Below are positions 11,691 to 24,639 of a DNA stretch of 64,000 nucleotides, piece by piece. The DNA comes from Malacoraja senta (lineage: Eukaryota): positions 27,716,001 to 27,780,000 of the forward strand of contig CM075988.1 of NCBI GenBank assembly GCA_038087875.1. Direction: 5' to 3'. The translations under genes and the position numbers were made by a program. Under the pieces are notes generated by a model, which made no database searches, was not told the origin of the DNA, and saw only the letters and a list, made by a program, of their open reading frames with translations. The number at the start of each line of letters is the position of its first letter. Position 1 is the first letter of the stretch.

Positions 11691-13139
11691 ATTGAAATCC
11701 TCAACTGAGGCCTCTGAAGCAAAATTGCAGCATAACCTTGTTTCCTTTCGACCATGGCAATCAGGTTATGGTTGCAACACTGCTGGCAATGACATAAAGT
11801 ACAATCAGTTGCCAATGATGCCTCCTGATGGACCTTGATGCTGTCTTGGTATTAGGGAATTCTTTCCTCATCTACACCTGTTTCCCAAGGATAGTGGAAA
11901 ATTTGGCTGTGCTTTCTGCTCCATGGTCTTCAGAGCTTGTTCCAACATTTACAAAGCTGTTAAACAACTTCACACAGTAATGTGACGTCTCTTTTTGCGT
12001 TGTGCATATAATCAGTGCCAATTAAACAGCTGCTACCTTTTTCCATACTTGCACCTTGTGAATGTGAACCACTGCATTAAATAACATTGGTTGTGGCTGG
12101 ATGATACCATCATGTTACATACCTGCACACATTTTAGATATGAGTTGTATCAGGCCAGATTAATGCAGGTGCGTATGTTGCTGTATTCTCCTTTTATTTT
12201 ATACACTATTTCTTATTATCCTTTTTTGTTATTTTTGTGAATTTGTAAAGTTGAATACATCTGAAATGCTTTGAGTCTTACTAAAACACTGGAATTCTGA
12301 ATAAATTCCAATCAACATCTAGCATTCAAAGGTCTGGAGAAAATAAAATTATACCTAAACTTGGTCAAACATCCTGGTTGTGAATTGATTGAGTTTGAGA
12401 CAAAAGCAGGAGTAATCTGTTTTTATAAAATATTTCCAGAACAAGTAGGATTCAATGAGATTAATTTCTGATATTTACATACATTTTCCCAGGATTAATT
12501 TTATTTATTATTTCAGAAGCATATTTTTCATTGTTAATTAGATTAATTGTATGATTGATACTATGTTTTAAAATTGAATAAGAAACATACTTTAAATAAA
12601 AGATCCTATTTGATCTTAGAATAGTGATTTCTCTGCTTTAAATTTATTTCTCGACTAACACCAGAATTACTTCTGAAACTTAACTCTGCACAAACTGGCT
12701 GGTATATTTGCTTCCATAACAACAATTTCTGTAGTTGAAAAGTAAAGTTTGGCTGTGAGATTCTTGGTATATCCCACGAATGTAAGAACGAGTTGTATAA
12801 ATGCTCATTATATATTCCCTAATATCAATTATGATTTTTTAAACAATTAACTGAACCTTAGGCAGAATTATATATCTGAATTGATTTCTCCTTCATTTTC
12901 CCTATTATATGAATTACACAGGGGCAATACACCCAGACCAAAAAACATCAGGTGGAACAATAATATGGTTATTGTTTTGGACTCTGATCTTTTGAAAGTA
13001 TTTACCTGGTGTTAACCAGGCAATTGCTGATGGGAGAGCGGTTTAGGACACGTAAATGGATGACAGAAGCAAAATGCTTCCTTCTGGCTTGGCATGTACT
13101 GCCAAGTAATACCATTAGTCTGCTGCTGTACTATCGCAA

Positions 13140-13560
13140 GACCTTTTTTTCTTTTCGTATCAAAAATAATTAATTTAATTATGATCACGATACAAAACCA
13201 AACCGTGGTAACACACCTACCACCATAGTATACAATCACCAAATTATCTAGACACTACATTTTCAAACAACTGTTACAATCCTTACAAATATACTAAATA
13301 ACTACTGTACAACTATGTCCCTCTCTAACACCACCCGGGCGCGGACGAAACCCTGGAAAAGGGGCAAGGATCTGGCTCGGGCAAAGCCCTCTTCCGCCTG
13401 GTGCTGTGACTTGTGGATGACCAACTTAGCCAGGCCAAGGAGCAACCCAACCAGGACATCTTCGGCCCTTCCCTCTTCCTGGATCCCGTCACCAGTCCTC
13501 CGGTTGCTGACAGGAGAGCTGCTCCTCCCTAGGTGGAGTGGCGGTGCGCCTTGCCCTCCG
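13140..13560 (-). mobile_element. Tx1-like (L1 superfamily) LINE 3' fragment
   Basis: Minus-strand translation near 13315-13470 gives RAEDVLVGLLLGLAKLVIHKSQ...LPLFQGFVRARVVLER, typical of Tx1 ORF2 C-termini. A-rich tail near 13143-13155. Confidence 0.6.
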
Positions 13561-13719
13561 GATCTTGGCTACAAGGGACGCTCTACTGGTCCCCTACATC
13601 AAAGCCTTGGAAAGTCTTGAAATCCCAGGCCCACAAATAGGAAGGGAAAGACCGACCATGTTTCTTTGATGAGAGTTTCTGTCATTATTAACTACAATAT
13701 AAGCAGGCTTACTTACCAC

Positions 13720-14050
13720 AAGAAGTAGCCCAGACCATCACACAAACCAACCTCCTTTCCATTGACTATCTACAACACGCTACCTAAGCAGGGCTGCCAG
13801 CATAATCAAGGACCAATCTCACCCCCGGTCAGTCCCTCTTCTGCCTTCTCCTGTCAGGCAAGAGCTACAGAAGTTTGAAAACGCATAACTCCAGATTCAA
13901 GGGCAGTTTCTTTCCAGCTGTTCTCAGGCAACTGAACGGTATTCTCATCAGCTATAGTGCAGTCCTGAGTCTCTTAATCTACCTCATTGGACAGCTTTGA
14001 AGTATCTTTAACGCACTTCATCTTGCGCTAAATTTTGTACTCTTCATTCT
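13720..14050 (+). mobile_element. Rex1-like LINE 3' fragment
   Basis: gcccagaccatcac...gctgccagcataatcaaggac...tcaggcaagagctacagaag parallels 890-1090. Confidence 0.7.
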
Positions 14051-14641
14051 TTATCCTTTAGAGAAAAATGCTGCGTTGAGCTTTATACCTATATAATAAG
14101 CAGTGTTGCTAAAACAAAATAGAAGTTATTTTTAATTGAAATTTACACACCTCTGTCAATTTAGTGTATTTTGTATTGTTCCTCAGTTAAAATTCTCCAT
14201 ATGAGGGATTAAACAACCTGATTAAATGAATGTAGTCATTCAGCAATGAAACATGCGTTTTGGCTGACCGTCAAGAACCCTTCCATACTAATCCAATTTA
14301 CTTTTTATTGATCTATGGCCTACTATGCCTTGGGATTCAATTGCTTGTCCAGATGCTTTGTAAATTTTGTGAGAATCCCTGTCTAAATCCCAGGCATTGT
14401 TTGAAATTGCAGCCATCCTCTTTGTGAAAAGAAATCTCCACACTCAACCTATTTCTCACTGTGAATCTACAGTATGTCCTCTGCTCTTGTGCACTGTTGC
14501 CGTGGGGATGTTTGATACTATTTACCCTACCAATGCTTCTCATAATTTTGTATAGTTCTTTCAGATTCCCCAAAAAACTCTTGAAGCTGTCAAACACGAC
14601 TTCACTTCAGAAATTCATGTTGTATACCCAATCGCATCATT

Positions 14642-15180
14642 TAGAAACATAGAAACATAGAAACATAGAAATTAGGTGCAGGAGTAGGCCATTCGGCCCT
14701 TCGAGCCTGCACCGCCATTCAATATGATCATGGCTGATCATCCAACTCAGTATCCCGTACCTGCCTTCTCTCCATACCCTCTGATCCCTTTAGCCACAAG
14801 GGCCACATCTAGCTCCCTCTTAAATATAGCCAATGAACTGGCCTCGACTACCCTCTGTGGCAGAGAGTTCCAGAGATTCACCACTCTCTGTGTGAAAAAA
14901 GTTCTTCTCATCTCGGTTTTAAAGGATTTCCCCCTTATCCTTAAGCTGTGACCCCTTGTCCTGGACTTCCCCAACATCGGGAGCAATCTTCCTGCATCTA
15001 GCCTGTCCAACCCCTTAAGAATTTTGTAAGTTTCTATAAGATCCCCTCTCAATCTCCTAAATTCTAGTGAGTATAAACCAAGTCTATCCAGTCTTTCTTC
15101 ATAAGACAGTCCTGACATCCCAGGAATCAGTCTGGTGAACCTTCTCTGCACTCCCTCTATGGCAATAATGTCCTTCCTCA
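14642..15180 (-). mobile_element. Young 5'-truncated CR1 (HER1-like) LINE
   Basis: Open ORF2 C-terminus QRRFTRLIPGMSGLSYEERL...RRLRGDLIETYKI...FFTQRVVNLWNSLP (14747-15151) and a (TTTCTATG)n tail at 14642-14671. Confidence 0.92.
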
Positions 15181-15889
15181 GATTTTATTTCCTTGTGTCC
15201 TGTTACCATGTCAATAATAATAGTTTCTAGTATTTTTACCATTTCTGGTATTGGGTTTGGAGTTGATTTGTTTTTTTCCCCTCCCTCTAATGGGGGGTTT
15301 CTTAGATACTGTTTAGTCTGTGGGAACTGTGGTATAATCTTTGTAATTTTGCAACAAGCAGCCAATATATCCATTATTTTCATCACCTCAAAGAGCTGTG
15401 ATCATCAGGTTATTTGGTCCTGGGGGGTTTATGATATGTCGATCACATTAATTACTCCAATATAATATATTTTAAACTAATTATGATTTATGATTTATTT
15501 TGTCACTGGAGAGTTGTCCACTATTGCTCGGAAGTGTTCTGGCTCTTCCTTGGAGGTAGACACAAAATATTTCTCTGTCATTTCATTTTCCCCCAAAATA
15601 ATTTATTTGCAGTATGTCAGGGACCTGCATTAATTTTAGTAATCTTTTCCTTTTTTACATAGTTATAGAGACACGCAGCATTGTAACAGGCCTTTCGGCC
15701 CACCAAGTCTATGTTGATCATCAGCTACCATTTTTACTAAACTTGCATTAGTCCCTTTTTATTCTTCCAAACTTAATATCAACTCCTTCACCCAAATATA
15801 CCACCCACATACACATGACGACAGATTTACGGTGGCCAATTATCTGACCAACATGCGCATCCGCATAGTAGGCTGCTGCTTGTTAGACT

Positions 15890-16650
15890 GTATGGGCTCC
15901 AGGGTGAGCTAGCTAACTGGATATAAAATTGGCTTCATGGTAGGAAGCAAAGGGCAGTTGTATAAAGTATTTTTTGGGGACTGGAGGCCTATAACTCGTG
16001 ATGTGCCACAAGAATCAGTGCTGGGCCCATTGCTGTTTGTCACCTATATCAATGATTTGGATGATAATCTACAAGGCATGAGGAGTATCTTTACAGATGA
16101 CACTGTATGTGGTATTGTAGAAAGTGACATTGTTTATCAAGAATTGCAGTGTTATCTTGATCAGGTGGACCAAGGTGTAATTATTAGAGTGTAATTCAGA
16201 TAAGTATGGAGTTTTGGGAAGACAAATCCGGGCAGGATCTTCACAGTGAATGGTGTGGCCCTGGGGAGTGTTTTAGAGGGATCTAGGAGTATAAGTAAAT
16301 ATTGCACTGAAGGTGGCATCGCAAGTACACAGGGCATTGAAGGAGGTTTTGGTGTCTTGGCCTTCAGTCAGGGAATTGAGCACAGAAGTTGGGACTTTGT
16401 TACAGATGTATAAGACACTGGTGAGACTGCACGTGGAGTACTCTGTTCAGTTTTGGAACACAGTAGGAACGATGTAATTTAGCTGGTGAGAGTGCAGGGA
16501 AGATTGATGAGGATTCTACCAGGACATGAGGACTCTGAGCTATAGGGAGGGATTGGATTGGTAATTACCATTTCTTGGAGTGCAGGATGCTGAGGGGTGA
16601 TATCACAGATGAGAATAAAATCATGAGCAGAGTAGATAGGGTGAATTGAC
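15890..16650 (+). mobile_element. Degenerate CR1 LINE RT fragment
   Basis: VPQESVLGPLLFVTYINDLD...FTDDT, followed by decayed post-RT sequence. Confidence 0.8.
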
Positions 16651-17469
16651 TAATCCTATCTTATCGTGTTTTATTTTCCCACATTTCAATTAGTTCCCTT
16701 GTACATTCTACCATTCATGCACACGGTTGGAGCAATTTATAGTCTCTATAAACCTAGCAATCTGGATTTGGAATGTATGAATGTTTTTGTATGTTTCATA
16801 CTGTGTGAAAAATCTGTCCCTCAGCTTCCCATTAAATCTTTCTCCTCTTATCATAAACCCATCACCTCTAGTTCTTGATTTCCCTACCCTGGGAAAGCAG
16901 AGCACCTTTAAGAAACCCACACAGTCATGGGGAAAATGTTCAAATTCCATACAGACAGCACTAAAAATCAAAATGCAACACGAGGCACTCAAGCTGTATG
17001 ACGGCAACTCTGTTGCAGGGCTGCCAACTCTCACGCATTGAGCAGGAAACTCACACATTTAACGAAATTCTCACGCTCTCACGCTGATCACAGAATTCCT
17101 CACGCTCAAAAAAACAAATTTGGGTTTTAAAATAAATAAATAAATAAAGTCACGGGCAATTCAATTCGCCCAAGGCTTCCAGATCTCCTCCACACTCATC
17201 AATGAGAATAGTTTTCTGTCGGAGGGTTTCCTGTAAAGAACGAACAATTTGATTGCTTAAGCCCATCGCACACTATTTAAAATGGCAATGTAACTTCAGT
17301 ACTAACGATTCCATTTGACATTCATGGAACCAAAATCTGCAGGTGCTGGAAATTCAAAATAAAACAAAAATGTTTTGGAGGTGAGTAAATATAAAAACCA
17401 TGAGGGGAATATATATGGTAGTTTTTCCCGGGATATGTGATTCAAGAACTAGAGGGCATTGGTTTAAAG

Positions 17470-17530
17470 CAGGGGGTGTCAAACTACTGGCTCGCGAAGG
17501 GGTCCAATCCGGCCCGCGGGATGATCTGGG
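17470..17530 (+). mobile_element. 5' terminus of a hAT/Charlie-like element
   Basis: CAGGGGGTGTCAAAC...atccggcccgcggg, with typical GGCCCG subterminal motifs. No matching right end found. Confidence 0.55.
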
Positions 17531-18017
17531 GAAAAAAAGTAGTTTAGTTTAGAGTCTAAAATGCACATTCCCGTGCAGATGGTGTGATAGGTGAGACACA
17601 GCGGCAGTCCCAGCACCGACCCCTGAGGCACCGCTCACACCTCCCACCCTCAACTCCGGCGGCTCTGTGTCCGTCGGCCGCTCTGTCCACACCCCATGGA
17701 GTTTTAACCCCGGCCCGGAGCCAGCAGCGGACCGGGTGAGTGGGGGTGTCGGTGCCGCCTCCGGAGCTGCGGGGATGAATCACGGGCTAAGACTCCGCTC
17801 CGATGCCCGACCCCCGGGTCATTGACCCTCAACCTTCCCCGGAGCCCAGCTGGACGCAGAGCACCTGGGCCGTCCCGCATTCCCGGGGTCGGGCAGGATG
17901 AAGAGACGGGGGGGGGGGGGGGGGGGGAGAGAGAGAGTGAGAGTGAGGGAAACGCTCCCCGGACATCGCCAAGTCTCCGAATGTCCGCTCACTCCGGGTG
18001 TTGTCGCCGCTTCACTA

Positions 18018-18322
18018 ACACACACTCTCACACACAACCTTACACATACACCCTTACACAGACACTGGCACACACACTCTCACATACAGGCACACACCCT
18101 CACACATACATTCTCATACTCACACACACTCACAAATACACACCCTCACACACTCACACACACTCGCACACCCTCACATACACTCACGCACCCTCACACA
18201 CACTGACACACCCTCACACACACTGATACACACTCATACATACTGACACACACACACTGACACACACCCTCTCACATACTGACACACACCCTCTCACACA
18301 CTGACACACAATCTTTACACAT
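18018..18322. repeat. Degenerate (CA)-rich simple repeat
   Basis: Runs of acacac/ctcacac. Confidence 0.95.
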
Positions 18323-18881
18323 AAATGGGACTAGTTTAGATGGGGCATCTTGATCTGCATGGACAAGTTGGGATGAAGGGCCTGTTTCCATGCTGTAAGA
18401 CTATGACACATTGTAGAAAGGGTGCAATTCCTCTGGAGAGGATCATGGGGTGATTTATGAAGATTTTGGCAGGGCTGGAATTTCTTTTTCACTTTGAAGA
18501 AAGATTTGATAACTGGAATTGTACTCTCTGCAGCAACGGAGGTGAAGAAAATACTTAGTTGAGGTGAATAATATTATGAGAATAGGACCTGCTTCGCTTA
18601 ACAAAGAGTATAGGAAGGAACAGCAGGTGCTGGTTTAAACTGAAGATAGACACAAAAAGCTGGAGTAATTCAGTGGGACAGGCAGCATCTCTGGAGAGAA
18701 AGAATGGGTGATGTTTCGGGTCGAGACCTTCAGACTGAAGAGGTTGAAAACCAGCCATATAGATGTAAAACACAATGACTAGAGCTGTGTGTTATCCAAC
18801 TAAGGGCGGAAATCAGAATCATGTGTTCATCTTTATTGATGTGACACCATAATGAATATATTACAGTAAAAATAATTTAAT

Positions 18882-19160
18882 GGGGTGGCATGGTGGCGCA
18901 GCGGTAGAGTTGCTGCCTTACAGCACCACAGACCTAGATTTGATCCTGACTGCGGGTGTTGTCTGTGCAGAATTTGTACATTATCCCTATGACTGCAGGG
19001 GTTTTCTCCGGATATTACGGTTTCTCCCACATCCGAAAGAAGTGCAGGTTTGTAGGTTAATTGGCTTCTGTAAATTGTCCCTGGTGTGTAGGATAGAACT
19101 GGTGTATGGTAGATTGCTGGTCAGTGTGGACTTGGTTGACTGAAGGGCCTGTTTCCATAT
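18882..19160 (+). mobile_element. tRNA-derived V-SINE (HE1-like), full length
   Basis: A-box-like tggcgcagcggtag, decayed B-box atttgatcc, V-domain ggtttctcccacatccgaaaga...ggttaattggc, and CR1-like tail gaagggcctgtttcc. Confidence 0.85.
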
Positions 19161-20464
19161 ATATGTTTTACATATATATCTTAATTTAATTGAACCATAC
19201 ACTTGATTGAATATGTGGCATTATTTTCATTTTGTTTCTATAATCAAAGGGTAAGGTTGATTAATTTATTTGTGCAGAACCATGACGGAAGTCTGACTCC
19301 TTTTGCCTTGTTTCTATTTAAAAAAAAAAATATATATATATAAGCATAACACCATGAATTATAATCTGATTTCCATACATGAATATACTAAGGTTATTCA
19401 TGTGCTGCACCTGTTGATCAGAGCCTGGCTCTGCTGTGGAATGTAATTAAGAATGTAATTTAGCCTAACCTTATTCATACAATTGAAAGCATAAATGTTG
19501 TATTCAAGTGTAAGTTAAAAGACTCGCCACAGTATGCACCAGATTGCACAGTTTCAAGCTGTAAAATGCAAAAGCTCCCTACCGTGGGAAGGGAGACAAC
19601 TCCTTCCCCCCCTCCTCCTCCCCTCCCCCCTCCCCCTTCCCCCCCCTCGCCCCTCCCTCCCACACCCTTCCCCCCCTCGGTCGCTGCACTCCCTCGCAAT
19701 TTCTCACTCTCAACTCGCACCCAATGTTGGCAACCCTGCTGTTAGCTATGTCACTGCTGTACTCCATTCTGTTCCTTCCAAGCAACAATACACACACATC
19801 TTAATTGCATCCTATGTTAGTACATCATCGCAAATCAGGTTTGGTAATTCTCCTCTTAAATGATTCAAGATGCTCTTTGTTAAAGGTCCTAATTTATATG
19901 CATATTGGTTTATAGTGTAAAGTTGGCATTTTGTGTTTGTACCACAGAAGAGCAGAAACCTGATAATAGGCGGTCTCTTTAACAACGCTTAAATAATCTG
20001 CTTTATGCTGTAAATTGTTTCAGATTTCATCTTTTGCATTTTTAGAATTTTTCCATGTTCTTGGTACATTTCAAATAAATATTATTTTGACCTCACTCAA
20101 GATTTAAGGATGTTAAAATTATTTTTCATTTGGTGAATTAGTCAGAAATGTGAGTTAGTGAATGACTGATCTTCTGAAAATACATATTTGCCTCTGCTTC
20201 TGACATGTCTTATGTTGTTAAATAACAAAATGAAGCAATTACTAATTGATAGATCTCCAGATTTTAAATTCTGACCCCATAGCAGAATACTGTTTAAAAT
20301 TGATTAAAGCAGTTCAGAAAAGCATCAATGTTGTTTTTGAATGAAACATCTGAATTATCTTCAATATAATTTCTCTGCACTCAATGTCATTCAACAGGAG
20401 AGTAGGCGTATGAATCATGCCTATTAGCACAGCTTTCATAGTTATGGTTTTTCTCAACCTGCAG

Positions 20465-20532
20465 GTGTGTCATCATTCCCTGCAGATCGAGAAGTTGTTA
20501 AAGCATTTCTGAGAGGATTGCAGCCCAGCTGA
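20465..20532 (+). CDS. Candidate terminal coding exon: (G)VSSFPADREVVKAFLRGLQPS*
   Basis: Strong acceptor ggtttttctcaacctgcag|G, phase 1, compatible with exon 5327-5392. TGA at 20530-20532. Confidence 0.4.
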
Positions 20533-20714
20533 GATTTAACATTATTTATCAGAGTTTAATATTCATGTCTGTGGGCATAGTATAACTGCACACACTGGAA
20601 ATCTGAAATAAGACCAGGTGATGCATGAAAAACTCAGCAGGCCAGGCAGCATTTGTGAAAAGAGAAATCGAGTTAACATTTCAGTTTGAAAGACTGTCAG
20701 TCCAAGTCTGCATT

Positions 20715-21435
20715 CATTTAAGGTAGACACAAAATGTGGGGCAGGCAGCATCTCTGGAGAGAAGCAATTGGTGACGTTTCGGGTCGAGACCCTTCTTCTG
20801 ACTGATGTCAGAGGAGTGGGTGGGACAGAGATACAATGTAGTCGGAGACAGTGAGACTGGTGGGAGAACTGGGAAGGGGTAGGGGATGGAGAGAGAGGGA
20901 AAGCAAGGGGTATATGATGTTAGAGAAGTCAATGTTCATACCGCTGGGGTGTAAGCTACCCAAGCAAAATATGAGGTGCTGTTCCTCCAATTTGCGCTGG
21001 GCCTCACTCTGACAAAGGAGGAGGCCCAGGATAGAAAGGCCAGATTGGGAATTGGAGGGGAAGTTAAAGTGCTCAGCAACCGGGAGATCAGGTAGGTTAA
21101 GGCGGAATGAGCAGAGGTTTTCAGTGAAACGTTCGCCGATATACAGGAGTTGACACCTGGAACAGCGGATACAGTAGATGAGGTTGGAGGAGGTGCAAGT
21201 GAACCTGTGCCTCACCTGAAAAGAGTTCTTGGATGGAGCGAGGAGGGAGGTAAAGGGACAGGTGTTGCATCTCCTGCGGTTGCAGGGAACAGTACCTACG
21301 GAGGGGGTGGTTTGGGTGGGCAGGGACGAGTTGATCAGGGAGTTCTGGATGGAACGGTCTCAGCGGAAAGCAGAAAGGGGTGGAGATGAGAAGATGTGGC
21401 CAGTAGTGGGATCCCATTGGAGGTAGCGGAAATGT
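20715..21435 (-). mobile_element. Penelope-like element 3' part (GIY-YIG endonuclease plus terminal module)
   Basis: RFTCTSSNLIYCIRCSRCQLLYIGE...LPVAEHFN...RKLEEQHLIFCLGSLHPSGMN. The terminal module at 20720-20805 has a mutated core (CAGAAGA). Confidence 0.9.
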
Positions 21436-21439
21436 TGGA

Positions 21440-21712
21440 CATTTCGAGGGCCATAGGACATAGGTTTAAGGTGAAGGGGAAAAGATTTAATAGGATTTTG
21501 AGGGGTAACTTTATCACACAAAGGGTGGTGGGTGTATGGAACAAGCAACCAGAGGAGGTAGTTGAGGCAGGAACTATCACAACGTTTAAGTAACAGTTAT
21601 GGATAGGTCGGGTTTAGAGGGATATGGACCAAACGCGGGCTGGATGGACTAGCGTAGCTGGGACCTGTTGGCCGGTGTGGGCAATGTGGGCAATATTGTT
21701 CTGTGATTCTAT
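21440..21712 (+). mobile_element. CR1 LINE 3' end
   Basis: GHRFKVKGKRFNRILRGNFITQRVVGVWNKQPEEVVEAGTITTFK followed by 3' UTR. Confidence 0.85.
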
Positions 21713-22795
21713 GCTCAAGTAACTCAGTGGGGCAGGCAGCATCTCTGTAGAACATGGATAACTGAGCTTTTGGGTTGGGACCCCTTTTCAGACAGATTGT
21801 GTGGTGGGGGGGGTGGGAAAGAAAGCTGGAAGAGAGGGGCAGGACAAAGCATGGCAGATAATAGGTGAACACAGGCGGCGGGGGGGGGGGGGGGTTGATA
21901 TGCAGATGATTGGTAAATACCATAGATGAAAAAACAGATGATGTGAGACTAGAGGATTGAAGAGTTGTGCATTGTGGAGCCAAAGGTAGGAATGTAGTTG
22001 GATGGGGGAGAGGGGAATATGTGTGAGTCCAGTGGGGCACAGGGAAGGGTGGGGATGCAAATGAAAGGGTGGGGGGGAGGATTGGAGGTTAACTATAGTT
22101 GGAAAATTCAATGTTCATACCGTTACCCAACTATCCCAAGCTACCCAATTGGAATTTGAGATGCTGTTCCTCCAGTTTGCATGTGACCTCACTCTGCCAA
22201 AGGAGGAGGCCCAGGACAGCATGGGAATGGTTGGCAACGGGGAGATCCATTCGGCCTCGGCAGTGAGCGTAATTGTTCAGCGAAGCGGTCGCAGCGTCTG
22301 ATTTGTGATGCTTGCTCTCACCGATGTAAGGGTTGCCATATCGTGAACGCCGGATTCAGCTGATGAGGTTTGAGGAGGTGCATGTGAACCTGTGTCACAC
22401 CCGGAAGGAATGCTGGGGTCCCTAGATGAATGTAAGGGAAGAGGTATAGGGACAGGTGTTGGATCTCCCATTGTAGCAGGGGTAAGTACCTGAGGTAGTT
22501 TAGATGGGAGGGCATGAATGAACCAGGGAGTTGTGGAAGAAACCGGTTCTGCGGAAGGCAGAAAGGGGTGGGGTGGGAAGATGTGAATGGTGGTGGCAGA
22601 AATGTCAGAGAATACTGTTTTGGTTGGTGGAGCGAAAAGTGAGGACCATGGAAACTTCATCCTTGTTCTGGAGGGGGAGGGGAGGGGAGGGGGCAGAGTG
22701 AGATTAGACACAGAGGAGATGCGGGTGAGGGGATCCCATCTATGACAGTAGGGGACACCACTTTTACTAAAGTAAGAACACTTCTCTGATGTCCT
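21713..22795 (-). mobile_element. Second, more decayed Penelope-like element 3' part
   Basis: Parallels 20720-21435 (aattcaatgttcataccg, gctgttcctccagtttgc, gatgaggtttgaggaggtgcatgtgaacct). Confidence 0.8.
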
Positions 22796-23201
22796 AAATA
22801 TGACCATGTATAATGGTGCCTGCACCTCATATTTTCCATTGATTTGCTGTGTTTTGGATCATTTGCATGATGGCTCAAATTATGCATTATGATATGGGCG
22901 GTGATGTCTCAGAAGAATTATGTATATCCTGGGCAGACATCAGAAAGATTCCTCTATAATTATCACAATCAGAAATCTTCTTTCATGAAGATTGTCATCA
23001 TTACAGCTTCTCTGCAATGCTCTCTCTTCTAATTAGATGTGGAAAATTAGATAATTGATTTGTTTTTGGAATGTTTCTTACCATGTTTACTACTTCAGCA
23101 GGATTTCGTCTGATCCAGAATCTTGTTTTCAGTTGTTGCGAATCCTTTTAACCCACCTGCTAAGCTTGGTTATGATAGGGTTGAATCATGAATCAAGCAA
23201 C

Positions 23202-23520
23202 AGTTTAGTTTAGTTTAGTTTAGAGATACAGCATGGAACAGGCCCTTCTGCCCACCGGGTCCACGCCGATCAGCGATCCCTGCATATTAACACTATCCTA
23301 CACACACTGGGGACAATTTAAAAAATATATATATTTACCAAGCCGATTTACCTACATACCTCTTTGGAGGTACGTATTTGGAATGTGGGAGGAAACCGAA
23401 GATCTCGGAGAAAACCCGTGCGGTCACGGGGAGAACGTACAAACTCCGTACAGACAGTACCCTTAGTCCGGATCGAACTCAGGTCTCTGGCGCTGTAAGG
23501 CAGCAAATCTATGCTGTGCA
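23202..23520 (-). mobile_element. HE1-like V-SINE
   Basis: B-box gagttcgatcc on the minus strand, V-domain (gaatgtgggaggaaaccg on plus), and a (CTAAA)n tail. Confidence 0.88.
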
Positions 23521-24639
23521 GGGGTTAATATTGATTAGTCATAACTGAATAGGTTAATATAAATGTATTCTGGGATTTTTAAATATTTTTGGAATCCAGT
23601 TTCATAATCCTATTCATTCCTCTTAATCTGGTATAAACATTACTCTGAATCTGGTATATATGAGTTGTTTGGGGTGCAATTCACAGCTTTGCTGGTACTG
23701 GGTCAGTTCTTGGTTTTTGCATTATTGAGGAGTGGGGCAGTCCTGGCTAGGAAAATAATTGGAACATTCTATGGTTAGAGGGGACATGTCTAACATCATG
23801 GAGTTTGCCATGTTTTGGGAGTATTGGTATTCTTGAGCTTTTGAAACGGTCATGGTACTGTCCTATCTATTGGATAATGGGGTACTCCTATCTGTTAATA
23901 TAATAACAAACAGAATTAAAAGTATCTCACACTTAAGAACTATTGGGAACATTCCTAGGCAGAATTGAATGCAGAATTCAGAATTTCCACACAAGGAATT
24001 TAAATATACATATTGACACCAGGGAGAGCATGGTAAATAAATGGAAGATTATACCATGAATTTACAGTACTGCTCTTCTTTGTGTGGAACATAAACACTG
24101 GCTTTGACTAGTTTGGTTGAATGCCTCGTAGCTGTATGGATATTCTATGTTAAATGCACTTTTAATGTCACTTTTTAGAAAAACATATCTCAATACACAA
24201 ATTGGTATCAAACCAAAGGCTTGCCCAGTCTTTTTTTATACCAACAAAATGTGTTAACCATCTGAACCACTATGAAAGCATGATTATAAAACATTGATCA
24301 GAATGCACCATGAAAAATTGGGAAGACATTTATAAGACACATGAACAGTAAGAGTCAATCTAACCATCAAAGCAAATATTTGCAACATGATATTAAATTG
24401 GGAAGTGATATTAGTTAAATAGAAAAATAATCTTGTATTTAATAAATTATGTCGTTTTCTTAAAATTTCGGAGCCAGAAACCCATGGAGTATCTACATAC
24501 GACATACATTGTCTTGAAATGTGGTTTATCATAAACATTTTCAAAATTTAATAGCTCTTGAATTTTCTTTTTTTCTGGAATCTTCTCTCCGGCTTTCACT
24601 TTCCCCCGTCAGTCTTACCCATTGCAATGCTTAGCCTAA

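Larger units (their letters stand above)
17016..19738. mobile_element. hAT-type (Tip100-like) non-autonomous element with internal cargo, inserted in a SINE
   Basis: Termini CAGGGCTGCCAAC (17016) and GTTGGCAACCCTG (19726-19738), subterminal ctcacgc repeats, flanks ctgttg (17010-17015) and ctgtta (19739-19744). The interrupted SINE head appears to continue on the far side. Confidence 0.65.

Noticed and set aside
17822..18226. His/Thr-rich ORFs
   Set aside because: Translation of a (CA)-rich simple repeat.
18882..18960. tRNA-like A/B boxes (also near 23470-23520 and 27465-27530)
   Set aside because: These are SINE heads joined to V-domain and CR1-like tails, with no complete cloverleaf.
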